Made by a program: the position numbers and the translations under genes. From Nitrospirota bacterium (GTDB taxonomy: Bacteria > Nitrospirota > UBA9217), in NCBI GenBank assembly GCA_029858565.1, contig JAOUEV010000077.1:1-13029 (forward strand): a stretch of 13,029 bases of DNA. The letters are read 5' to 3'. The notes beneath the pieces are model-generated. The model was not told the DNA's origin, ran no database searches, and worked only from the letters and a program-made list of their open reading frames with translations. This document shows positions 1 to 7,688 of this stretch, piece after piece. Every line of letters starts with the position of its first letter. Position 1 is the stretch's first letter.

Positions 1-17
1 TTCCCACCTTGTTGGTG

Positions 18-45
18 AAAGGATTTGCTTGGCGGCAATCCTTTT
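18..45 (+). terminator. Possible intrinsic terminator-like hairpin upstream of the cluster promoter
   Basis: AAAGGATT(T)GC (18-28), loop TTGGCG, GCAATCCTTT(T) (35-45); one bulge, A-tract before and short T-tract after. Upstream context lies outside the window. Confidence 0.3.
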
Positions 46-226
46 ATATCCGCTTCTACAGCGGCCAGCAAGGTTTTTTTGTTTCTCACGGCATCTTTCT
101 ATCGCGGGATTGGGGACCGGGACTTCTCGGGAAACAGGGTTCGGCAGACGGGAGAACAGATCGAGGGAAGTGTTGGACCGGTCATTCTGCCGGGCTCAAA
201 AGAGAATGCAGGTACGTGAAAAAATG

Positions 227-256
227 TTGACAAAATTTCATGAGCCATGGTATCGT
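227..256 (+). promoter_or_regulatory. Sigma70-type promoter P1 (-35 TTGACA, extended -10 TGgTATCGT)
   Basis: Perfect TTGACA at 227-232, 18-nt spacer, TG at 248-249, TATCGT at 251-256; A-tract at 219-224 resembles an UP element; locally AT-rich in a GC-rich window. Confidence 0.7.
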
Positions 257-269
257 TCAAATTATGAAC
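255..269. promoter_or_regulatory. Palindromic operator candidate GTTCA-N5-TGAAC
   Basis: GTTCA (255-259) AATTA TGAAC (265-269); overlaps the end of the -10, the predicted TSS and ATG264 of a dimeric-type wHTH regulator. Confidence 0.55.
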
Positions 270-899
270 AAGGGTGCTCAGACGCCTTCCCCGTCAGAAT
301 CCGGCCAGTATCGCTCGCTCCAGATCCTCGACGAGTTGGCGAATAACGATGCCCTAACTCAGCGCGACCTGAGCCAGCGCCTGGGCATCGCTCTCGGGCT
401 CGTGAATTCCTATATCAAGAACCTCGTGGCCAAGGGTTTTATTACGGTCAAGAACATCCCTTCCAAACGATACGCATACTACCTCACGCCAAAGGGTTTC
501 GCGGAAAAGACCCGGCTGGCGTACGATCTGCTGGCGGATTACACTCGTATTTACCGCGAGGCGAAGCAGAGTTTCCGGCTGCTTTTTCAAAACCTGGAGC
601 ACCAGGGCATTAAAAAGGTCGTCTTCGCCGGCGCCGACGAGGTGGCCGAAATCGCCTATATAACGCTGCAGGAAACGGATCTGGAGTTGGTCGGGATCGT
701 TGACACCGTCACCCCGGGCGAACGGCTCTTCTCCTACGAAGTCCTTCCCATTCAACGCATACGGGATCTGACGTATGAGCAGGTGATCGTGACAACCTAT
801 ACAAACAGAATGATCATCCAGGAAGCCCTCCATGCGCAAGGGTTGCCTGAAAAGGCCATCAGCAGGATATTCCAGGATGCTCTGTCGAGGCATTCCTAG
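264..899 (+). CDS. Winged helix-turn-helix transcriptional regulator (MarR-like, EPS-associated type) with C-terminal Rossmann-like domain
   Basis: HTH LTQRDLSQRLGIALGLVNSYIKNLVAKG and wing YAYYLTPKGFAEK; C-terminal VVFAGADEVAEIA...LVGIVD. Start placed at ATG264 because ATG240 lies inside the promoter spacer. Confidence 0.88.
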   Translation: MNKGAQTPSPSESGQYRSLQILDELANNDALTQRDLSQRLGIALGLVNSYIKNLVAKGFITVKNIPSKRYAYYLTPKGFAEKTRLAYDLLADYTRIYREAKQSFRLLFQNLEHQGIKKVVFAGADEVAEIAYITLQETDLELVGIVDTVTPGERLFSYEVLPIQRIRDLTYEQVIVTTYTNRMIIQEALHAQGLPEKAISRIFQDALSRHS

Positions 900-917
900 G
901 CGGTCACGGATCAACTG

Positions 918-2255
918 ATGGATCCCATTACACTCATTCAGAGATTGTTCAGGGTCTCGTTCGCGGGACGTGAAGCGCTGCAAAAAGCGGTCACGAACTC
1001 GGCGTGGCTCCTCGCGGACAAGATGGTCCGCATGGTGGTGGGCCTCGTCATCAGCACCTGGATGGCGCGATACCTTGGACCGGAACAGTTCGGTATTTTC
1101 AATTACGCGATCTCCATCGTCCTGATCTTTTCGACGCTGGCATCGCTCGGCATCGACAGCATTATCGTGCGGGATATCGTTCGCGATCCCGATAAGACCC
1201 CGGAGATCCTCGGCACAGCATTTGTCCTCCGTCTTGCCGGGGCGGCATGTTCCCTGTTCCTGGCGATCGGAGCTATCCTGTTGATCCGGCCGGCCGATAG
1301 TCTGACGCACTGGCTGGTCGGGATCACCGCGGCAGGCATGATAGCGCAAGCATTCGACGCGATCGACTTTTGGTTCCAGGCGGAACTTCAATCAAAATAT
1401 CCCATACTGGCAAAGAACATCGCATTTCTTGCCATCTCGATCGTGAAGATCGCACTTATCCTCTCCGGCGCCCCGCTAATCGCCTTTGCCTGGGCGGGGT
1501 TTGCGGAATTGCTGCTGGGAGCATGCGGACTTGTCCTTGCATACCGGCTCCGCGGCAAGCATATCACCGATTGGCGAAAGAGCTCGTCACGCGCGATCTC
1601 CCTTCTCAGAAATGGCTGGCCCCTGGTCCTTTCCGGGTTTACAATCTACCTGCAGGCGCGCTTTGATCAGGTCATGCTTCGGGAGATGGTCGGCGCCGGG
1701 GAACTGGGGCAATTCTCCGCAGCACTGGTCCTGATAGAGTTCTTCGGGTTCATCCCGATGATCGTTCAGGGCTCCGCGAGCCCGGCGGTCACCCTCGCAA
1801 AAACGCAGGACGAGACCATGTATCTCACGAGGATGCTGAACATTTATCGGCTTATGAGCATGCTGTTCATTGCCGTTGCGATCCCCATCGCCGCCTATGG
1901 AAAGGTCTTTGTCCGGATCATGTATGGCAGCGAATACCAGCAGGCGGGATCGCTGCTCGGCCTGTTCGCCCTGCGACTGTTCTTTGCCAATTTTGGCGTT
2001 GCCAAGAGCATGTATATCCTGAACGAGAACCTGTTTCGCTATTCGCTCCTGACCGCGGCGATAGGCACTGCTGTCAATATCGCGTTGAACCTGTTTTTCA
2101 TTCCCCGCTACGGCGCGGTCGGCGCGGTGTGGTCCATGATCATCTCGTTCAGTGTCACGGTGTTCGCGATCGACATCTTTGTTCCCCGGATGAGAAATAA
2201 CCTGCGCCTCATGGTGTATGCGGTATGCACACCGTGGCGTTTCAAATTATCCTAA
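918..2255 (+). CDS. wzx: Wzx/RfbX-type polysaccharide flippase (MOP superfamily)
   Basis: 445 aa, many hydrophobic segments; NSAWLLADK, ARYLGPEQFG, LGIDSIIVR, DQVML...LGQFSAA, NIALNLFFIPRYGAVGA are typical flippase motifs. Confidence 0.92.
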   Translation: MDPITLIQRLFRVSFAGREALQKAVTNSAWLLADKMVRMVVGLVISTWMARYLGPEQFGIFNYAISIVLIFSTLASLGIDSIIVRDIVRDPDKTPEILGTAFVLRLAGAACSLFLAIGAILLIRPADSLTHWLVGITAAGMIAQAFDAIDFWFQAELQSKYPILAKNIAFLAISIVKIALILSGAPLIAFAWAGFAELLLGACGLVLAYRLRGKHITDWRKSSSRAISLLRNGWPLVLSGFTIYLQARFDQVMLREMVGAGELGQFSAALVLIEFFGFIPMIVQGSASPAVTLAKTQDETMYLTRMLNIYRLMSMLFIAVAIPIAAYGKVFVRIMYGSEYQQAGSLLGLFALRLFFANFGVAKSMYILNENLFRYSLLTAAIGTAVNIALNLFFIPRYGAVGAVWSMIISFSVTVFAIDIFVPRMRNNLRLMVYAVCTPWRFKLS

Positions 2256-2269
2256 CAACAGGAGAGATC

Positions 2270-2974
2270 ATGCCGAACGGACATAGGGGAGCGCCTAGAG
2301 AACTCATCCTTCTTGTACGAGATGCTTGTTCCATCGATCTGTTCGTCGAGACGGGGACCTTCCGGGCGGCTACGGCGGTTTGGGCAAGTTCGCATTTCTC
2401 CCACGTCGTGACAATTGAGAACAGCGCGCCGATCCATGCCGAAGCACTCAGGAGATACGGCCATATCGGCAACATAGACTTTCTGAGCGGAAATTCACGG
2501 AACATCCTGGAACAGGTCTCCGGCAGCCGGCCGGACACGGCGATCTATTGGCTCGACGCCCATTGGAGCGGAGGAGAGACCTATGGGGATAACGACGAGT
2601 GTCCTCTGTTGGACGAGATAGCCGTGATCAACCGGCGAAAAAAGGAGGACGTCATTCTCATCGACGACGCACGGCTGTTCCTGTCGCCTCCGCCTCGTCC
2701 CCATAAGATCGAAAATTGGCCGTCAATCGATGCCGTCGTGGACGCTCTTCGCGACAGATCCGTTGCTCCCTATATCGTTATCAACGATGACGTCATCGTT
2801 GCGGTGCCCGGCTCCATCAAGGACCGTGTCGCAACCTACTGTCAGGACAGAACCACCCGTCAGTGGCATACCCCCGGAGCCCGGGCGCTGCAGGCGCTTC
2901 TTGCTCCGTTGAACCAGGCAAAACGCCTGTTCGCGGGAAGTTCCCGTACGGGTAAACCGCCGGCATCCCAGTGA
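2270..2974 (+). CDS. Putative class I SAM-dependent methyltransferase (uncharacterised)
   Basis: Motif I-like FVETGTFRA, acidic VVTIE, LSGNS, YWLDAHWSG, ILIDDAR; SD AGGAGAG (2260-2266) supports ATG2270 over 2225. Confidence 0.7.
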   Translation: MPNGHRGAPRELILLVRDACSIDLFVETGTFRAATAVWASSHFSHVVTIENSAPIHAEALRRYGHIGNIDFLSGNSRNILEQVSGSRPDTAIYWLDAHWSGGETYGDNDECPLLDEIAVINRRKKEDVILIDDARLFLSPPPRPHKIENWPSIDAVVDALRDRSVAPYIVINDDVIVAVPGSIKDRVATYCQDRTTRQWHTPGARALQALLAPLNQAKRLFAGSSRTGKPPASQ

Positions 2975-3759
2975 GCACAACCATGGAACAGAGCAGGAAC
3001 AACAGCGGCCGCGATATCGGGAGGAGTATCCTCTCCCTGGCGGGCCGACGCATCCTCCGGGATCCCGCCATGCTCCTCCTCGGGATAGCGAGATACATCC
3101 GCGATTATCTGGCATATCGGACCAGCGGCCCCGGGGACCGTTTTCGCCTGTCCGTGCGCTACTGTTATCCCTGCATCCGCGACCGAACTGCGACAACTCC
3201 GACCGATCCGATCTACCTGCTCCAGGACACCTGGGCCGCCAAAATGATCGGCACGACCCGTCCTCGCAACCACTATGATGTGGGATCTTCGGTCACCACC
3301 ATGGCTGTCATAGCCCAATTCGTGCCAACGACCATGGTTGATATCCGTCCGATAGATATCACTGTTGAGAATCTTTCTTTTCTGGAAGGTTCGATCCTCA
3401 ACCTGCCTTTTCAGGACGGAACGATCGACAGCCTGTCGTCTTTGTGCGTCCTGGAGCATGTCGGGCTCGGTCGGTATGGCGATCCTCTCGACCCCCGGGG
3501 GAGCGAGAAAGCAGCACTGGAGCTTCAACGCGTTCTCGGTCCCGGGGGAAATCTCTATCTATCCGTACCGGTTGACAGCGACTCCCGTATCTATTTCAAC
3601 GCGCACCGGACATTTACCCGCGAACACCTTCTGTCGCTCTTTCCGGACATGACGCTCCGGAACGAAGCCTATATTTACGGACGGAACCTTTATCCGACCT
3701 ACGATGCGTCACGGGGATTCGGCACCGGTCTCTTCCACCTGACAAAGAGGATGGCATGA
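2971..3759 (+). CDS. DUF268-like SAM-dependent methyltransferase
   Basis: HYDVGS, VDIRP, DSLSSLCVLEHVGLGRYGDPLDP, LQRVLGPGGNLYLSVP, FNAHR; GTGA overlap with upstream stop (alternative ATG at 2983). Confidence 0.8.
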   Translation: MSTTMEQSRNNSGRDIGRSILSLAGRRILRDPAMLLLGIARYIRDYLAYRTSGPGDRFRLSVRYCYPCIRDRTATTPTDPIYLLQDTWAAKMIGTTRPRNHYDVGSSVTTMAVIAQFVPTTMVDIRPIDITVENLSFLEGSILNLPFQDGTIDSLSSLCVLEHVGLGRYGDPLDPRGSEKAALELQRVLGPGGNLYLSVPVDSDSRIYFNAHRTFTREHLLSLFPDMTLRNEAYIYGRNLYPTYDASRGFGTGLFHLTKRMA

Positions 3760-4556
3760 TCATCAAACAGAGCTCCCTGCGGGAAAAACTACGTACCTTC
3801 GCATTGAACGTGTTCGCCTATCTGGACAACAACAAGAACGCGGATTTCGGGACGAACGGCGAAGATCGTTTCATCAATGATCTGTTCAGGTATTTCCACG
3901 GGATGCAGGTCGACCATCTCATCCTTTTCGATATTGGCGCGAACATCGGGAATTACAGCCGTCTTCTCGCCGAGCAGTGCGTGCGGCATCGCCTGCCTTC
4001 GACGATACATCTGTTCGAACCCACTTCCGCCTGTTTTGACACCCTCCAGCGATCGTTCACCGATCCCCGGCAGTTCATCCTGAACCGGAAAGCAGTTTCC
4101 GACAGGACAGGCACAGCGACCATCTTCTTCGATCAGCACCAAAGCAGTCTTGCATCTCTCCACCAGCGGGATCTGTCGACCTATGCCATCCAGATGGACA
4201 AGGAAGAACGTATCGATGCGATCCGTTTGGACGAGTATATCCCCGGCGCAAAGATCGAGCATATACACTTCATCAAGCTGGATGTGGAAGGTCATGAGCG
4301 AGCCGCGCTCGACGGCATGGGGGGCTTTCTCAGAAGCGACTTCGTGGATTTCATCCAGTTCGAATACGGCGGAGCCAACCTTGACTCCTGCACGACGCTT
4401 CAGCAGCTTTACAGCCGGTTCGAGAAGGCGGGATTCATCGTCGCGAAGATCATGCCGCGAGGCCTGGACATCCGCGCCTATAGCCCCTGGATGGATAATT
4501 TCCAGTACGCCAATTATGTCGCTATTTCAGATCGCCAGGTGAACAAACTGATATGA
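3756..4556 (+). CDS. FkbM-family methyltransferase
   Basis: FDIGANIG, HLFEP, RLDEY, FIKLDVEGHE, IQFEYG; ATGA overlap. Confidence 0.9.
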   Translation: MIIKQSSLREKLRTFALNVFAYLDNNKNADFGTNGEDRFINDLFRYFHGMQVDHLILFDIGANIGNYSRLLAEQCVRHRLPSTIHLFEPTSACFDTLQRSFTDPRQFILNRKAVSDRTGTATIFFDQHQSSLASLHQRDLSTYAIQMDKEERIDAIRLDEYIPGAKIEHIHFIKLDVEGHERAALDGMGGFLRSDFVDFIQFEYGGANLDSCTTLQQLYSRFEKAGFIVAKIMPRGLDIRAYSPWMDNFQYANYVAISDRQVNKLI

Positions 4557-5782
4557 TACAGGTCAAGCCGGCCATAGATCATCGCCCTGTCTGCCCCGTC
4601 TGCACTACGGTCCTTACGGCAGAACGTGTCCTCTGGCAGGGGATCCATGTGTGCGCGACCGCATCGTGCCCGACCTGCAGCGCGGACATTGTCCAGGACC
4701 TGCCGGTCGGACATGGCCGTTTTGCCCCCTGCACTGTCGATCGCAGAACGAACAAGCTTTATCTGGACGAACCTCACTCGGTGGCATGGTATGGCCGGCC
4801 GTTTCTCCGGGCCCTGCAGCATCCACTTGATGATCCGGCCGTCACCCTTACGGTCGAACGGTTCTTTGATGCACGGAACGTGATCATTCTCAATTGCATC
4901 GATTACCTTTATGGGCACGCGCTCCTCAAATTATTGAACGCGGAGTCCCATCTGACGGAGGACCGCGAATTCGGGCTCGTCCTCATTCTCCCCTCCTATC
5001 TTCGCTGGCTCGCCCCGAAAGGCGTATGTGAGATATGGACGGTCACCGTGCCGCTTGCAAAGGCGCGAGACTACTACCCGCAGCTCGACGAGCGTATCCG
5101 CAAGGAATGCGAACGGTTCGACACGATCTATCTGAGCCCTGCCCATTCCCATCCGTCGCAGTTCTCCGTCAGTAATTTCACCGGTATCCCCACGCATGAT
5201 CGCGGCCGTCCGGACTTCCGCATCACGTTCATCTGGAGGGAAAACCGCATCTGGGCGGGCTTCCTCCTGGACCTGTTTTCCCGATTCAAAGCGACCCGTC
5301 CTCTTCCCGTACTGCTGCAGAACCTGAAGATCCGCCGCCTGTTCAGCGGATTGCGCTCGAAATTTCCCAAAGCGCTCTTCACGGTCGTCGGCCAGGGCAC
5401 TTCGACGCGGTTCCCTTCGTGGATCGACGACCAGCGGGTCGAACGATACTCGCTCGAATCCGAACGCCGGCATGCTCTGATCTACTCTGAAAGCCGTTGC
5501 GTCATCGGGATACACGGATCGCACATGCTCCTCCCTTCGGCGCATGCCGGACTGGTTGTCGATCTCATGCCAAGGAGCCGGTGGGGTAATTTTGCACAGG
5601 ATATCCTGTTCCAGGAACGGGACGTACGTCTCGCGGCATATCGCTATCGCTTTATCAGCACCAAAACATCGGCAACGCTTGCGGCGCACATCGCTTCCGA
5701 GCAGATATTCTGGTACGAGGACTTCCAAAGGCACATGCTGCCGGAGCGTCAGTCGAAACGTCACGGCATGAGGGAGACATAA
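4553..5782 (+). CDS. Hypothetical protein: N-terminal Zn-ribbon plus probable GT61-like glycosyltransferase body
   Basis: 409 aa; CPVC...CPTC; NCIDYLYGHALL, RITFIWRENR, VIGIHGSHMLL, VVDLMP. ATGA overlap upstream and 3-nt gap downstream support a real gene; function is inferred. Confidence 0.6.
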   Translation: MIQVKPAIDHRPVCPVCTTVLTAERVLWQGIHVCATASCPTCSADIVQDLPVGHGRFAPCTVDRRTNKLYLDEPHSVAWYGRPFLRALQHPLDDPAVTLTVERFFDARNVIILNCIDYLYGHALLKLLNAESHLTEDREFGLVLILPSYLRWLAPKGVCEIWTVTVPLAKARDYYPQLDERIRKECERFDTIYLSPAHSHPSQFSVSNFTGIPTHDRGRPDFRITFIWRENRIWAGFLLDLFSRFKATRPLPVLLQNLKIRRLFSGLRSKFPKALFTVVGQGTSTRFPSWIDDQRVERYSLESERRHALIYSESRCVIGIHGSHMLLPSAHAGLVVDLMPRSRWGNFAQDILFQERDVRLAAYRYRFISTKTSATLAAHIASEQIFWYEDFQRHMLPERQSKRHGMRET

Positions 5783-5785
5783 CCT

Positions 5786-6700
5786 ATGACCTTAGCTCCC
5801 ATCGCGCTCTTTGCCTTTAACCGAGTGGGGCACCTGGAAAGGACCGTCTGTGCTTTGCGGAAAAACGCGGGGGCAGAAGAAAGTGAGCTGTTCATTTTTT
5901 CCGATGGTCCCCGGACGAACGCAGATAATGCAAAGATCGAATCGGTCAGACAGTTCGCGCGGTCGATTTCCGGATTTAAACGGGTCACCATCACGGCGCG
6001 GGACAAGAACTCCGGCCTTTCGCGGTCGATCATCGCCGGCGTTACCGAGATCGTGAACAAGTATGGCGCTGTTATCGTCCTGGAAGATGACCTCGAGACC
6101 TCTCCTTTCTTTCTGCGCTATATGAATGATGCCCTGCGATTCTACCGTGATGAGGAGCGGGTCATCAGCATTCACGGCTATATGTATCCCGTGAAAAGCG
6201 AGCTCCCGGAAACGTTCTTTCTGCGTGGAGCCGACTGCTGGGGATGGGCCACTTGGAAGCGCGGATGGGACCGCTTTGAACCGGATGGCGGCAAACTTCT
6301 ACAGGAGCTGAGAGCACGCCATATGGAAAAGGATTTCGACTTCAACGGCGCGTACCCGTTCACCAGCATGCTGAGAAAGCAAAGCACGGGCCGCGTGGAT
6401 TCGTGGGCCATACGCTGGCTTGCATCCGCGTTCCTGGACAACAAACTGACGCTGTACCCCGGATCGTCGCTTGTATCGAACATCGGGCTCGACGCGAGCG
6501 GCGAACACTGTTCCCCCACGACCCAGTTCGATATCACTCTTGGTTCCGAACCGATAAAGATCAGACGGATACCCGTGGAAGAGAACAAGACCGTCCGGAA
6601 AGCCCTTGAACAGTACTATCGAACAACGCGCCCCTCGCTCCCGGCAGTCGCATTACGACGCCTGATTTTCCAGTTCGAGCGCTGGAGACGCAGGCCATGA
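5786..6700 (+). CDS. GT-A fold glycosyltransferase (GT2-like)
   Basis: PIALFAFNR, LFIFSDGPR, VIVLEDDL (DxD-type), CWGWATW, SLVSNIG. Confidence 0.85.
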   Translation: MTLAPIALFAFNRVGHLERTVCALRKNAGAEESELFIFSDGPRTNADNAKIESVRQFARSISGFKRVTITARDKNSGLSRSIIAGVTEIVNKYGAVIVLEDDLETSPFFLRYMNDALRFYRDEERVISIHGYMYPVKSELPETFFLRGADCWGWATWKRGWDRFEPDGGKLLQELRARHMEKDFDFNGAYPFTSMLRKQSTGRVDSWAIRWLASAFLDNKLTLYPGSSLVSNIGLDASGEHCSPTTQFDITLGSEPIKIRRIPVEENKTVRKALEQYYRTTRPSLPAVALRRLIFQFERWRRRP

Positions 6701-7539
6701 ACGCGAGAATACGCTCATTCCTGAAGAAATACGCATTCCCGGCCGTCACCTTCCTTATCAGGAAGATCGCGCCGGGCGCCCGTTTTACCGGGGCCTACGC
6801 AACATGGGAGGAAGCACAAGCACGGTCCACGGGCTACGACGCCCCCGCGATCGCCAAGCGCGTGTACGATGCGGCGCTCAAGGTAAAAACCGGTGAGGCG
6901 TGCTATGAGCGTGACTCGGTCATTTTTGACCGTATCCAGTATGCCTGGCCGGTGACCGCGGGACTTCTGTGGATCGCCGCACAACGAGGCAACAGTCTGA
7001 ATCTCGCGGACTTCGGCGGCTCCCTCGGAAGTTCGTACTTCCAGTCCCGCCGCTTCCTTGCGGACCTCGAAACCTGTCGCTGGAGCATTGTGGAACAGAG
7101 GCATTTCGTTGAACTGGGCAGGACCGGCTTTGAGGATGATCACCTGCGATTTTATGAGACCCTGGACGACTGCATGGAAAAGGAGCGGCCTGATGTTCTG
7201 CTCCTCTCCAGCGTATTGCCCTATCTCCCCCACCCCTACGTCTTTCTTGATGACATCATCAGGCGGGGCTTTGATTTCATCATTGTCGACCGGACCCCGT
7301 TGTTCACAAGCCATCCCGACCGTCTGACGGTGCAGAAGGTTCCTGACTGGATCTATGCGGCGAGTTTCCCCGCCTGGATCCTGAACATCGACCGTTTTTT
7401 AGCCAAGATGAGCGGAGAATACGAACTGATCGCTGACTTTGATTCGCCGGAAACGGCGAATCTGACGGTTTTGTTCAAGGGATTCATTTTCAGGAAAAAA
7501 GCGTCCCCGGCATCCGAACGCCTGGGAGGGAGGAAGTAG
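6697..7539 (+). CDS. Putative methyltransferase, TIGR04325 (LIC12133)-like family
   Basis: WEEA...GYD, YERDSV, DFGGSLGSSYF, WSIVEQ, LLSSVLPY, IIVDRTP; ATGA overlap. Confidence 0.8.
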   Translation: MNARIRSFLKKYAFPAVTFLIRKIAPGARFTGAYATWEEAQARSTGYDAPAIAKRVYDAALKVKTGEACYERDSVIFDRIQYAWPVTAGLLWIAAQRGNSLNLADFGGSLGSSYFQSRRFLADLETCRWSIVEQRHFVELGRTGFEDDHLRFYETLDDCMEKERPDVLLLSSVLPYLPHPYVFLDDIIRRGFDFIIVDRTPLFTSHPDRLTVQKVPDWIYAASFPAWILNIDRFLAKMSGEYELIADFDSPETANLTVLFKGFIFRKKASPASERLGGRK

Positions 7540-7617
7540 TTGCGTTCAGACCTCATGTCCATCCATCCGCGCCATGAGCTCCGCTTGTTCGCGCGGCAGC
7601 ATGACGATGGTGCCGTA

Positions 7618-7646
7618 TTGACATGGCATCGTACGCATGGTATTTT
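7618..7646 (+). promoter_or_regulatory. Internal sigma70-type promoter P2 (-35 TTGACA, extended -10 TGgTATTTT)
   Basis: TTGACA 7618-7623, 17-nt spacer, TG 7638-7639, TATTTT 7641-7646, in a 149-nt intergenic gap, 42 nt before ATG7689. Confidence 0.65.
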
Positions 7647-7688
7647 TCGCGGGCAAAGGGCTGATGCGCTAACGAGGCGGCACTGCGT

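Noticed and set aside
1-89. Minus-strand frame from GTG89 (VRNKKTLLAAVEADIKG...) open to the window edge; short + ORFs at 9-346
   Set aside because: Too short to assess, no clear SD or motif; the + ORFs run through the promoter region.
240-263. ATG240 as regulator start
   Set aside because: Lies between the -35 and -10 of the predicted promoter and has no SD.
899-907. GGCGGTCAC resembling an ops/JUMPStart element
   Set aside because: Matches only GGCGGT of GGCGGTAG; the rest of the element is absent.
354-1391. 345-aa minus-strand ORF (and other antisense ORFs such as 2860-3528, 4931-5764, 6715-7314)
   Set aside because: Shadows of well-supported + strand genes in GC-rich DNA; no recognisable motifs.
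4553-5782. 409-aa hypothetical as the Wzy polymerase
   Set aside because: Lacks the many transmembrane segments of Wzy; wzy, the initiating transferase and the 4,6-dehydratase probably lie outside the window, so their absence is not informative.
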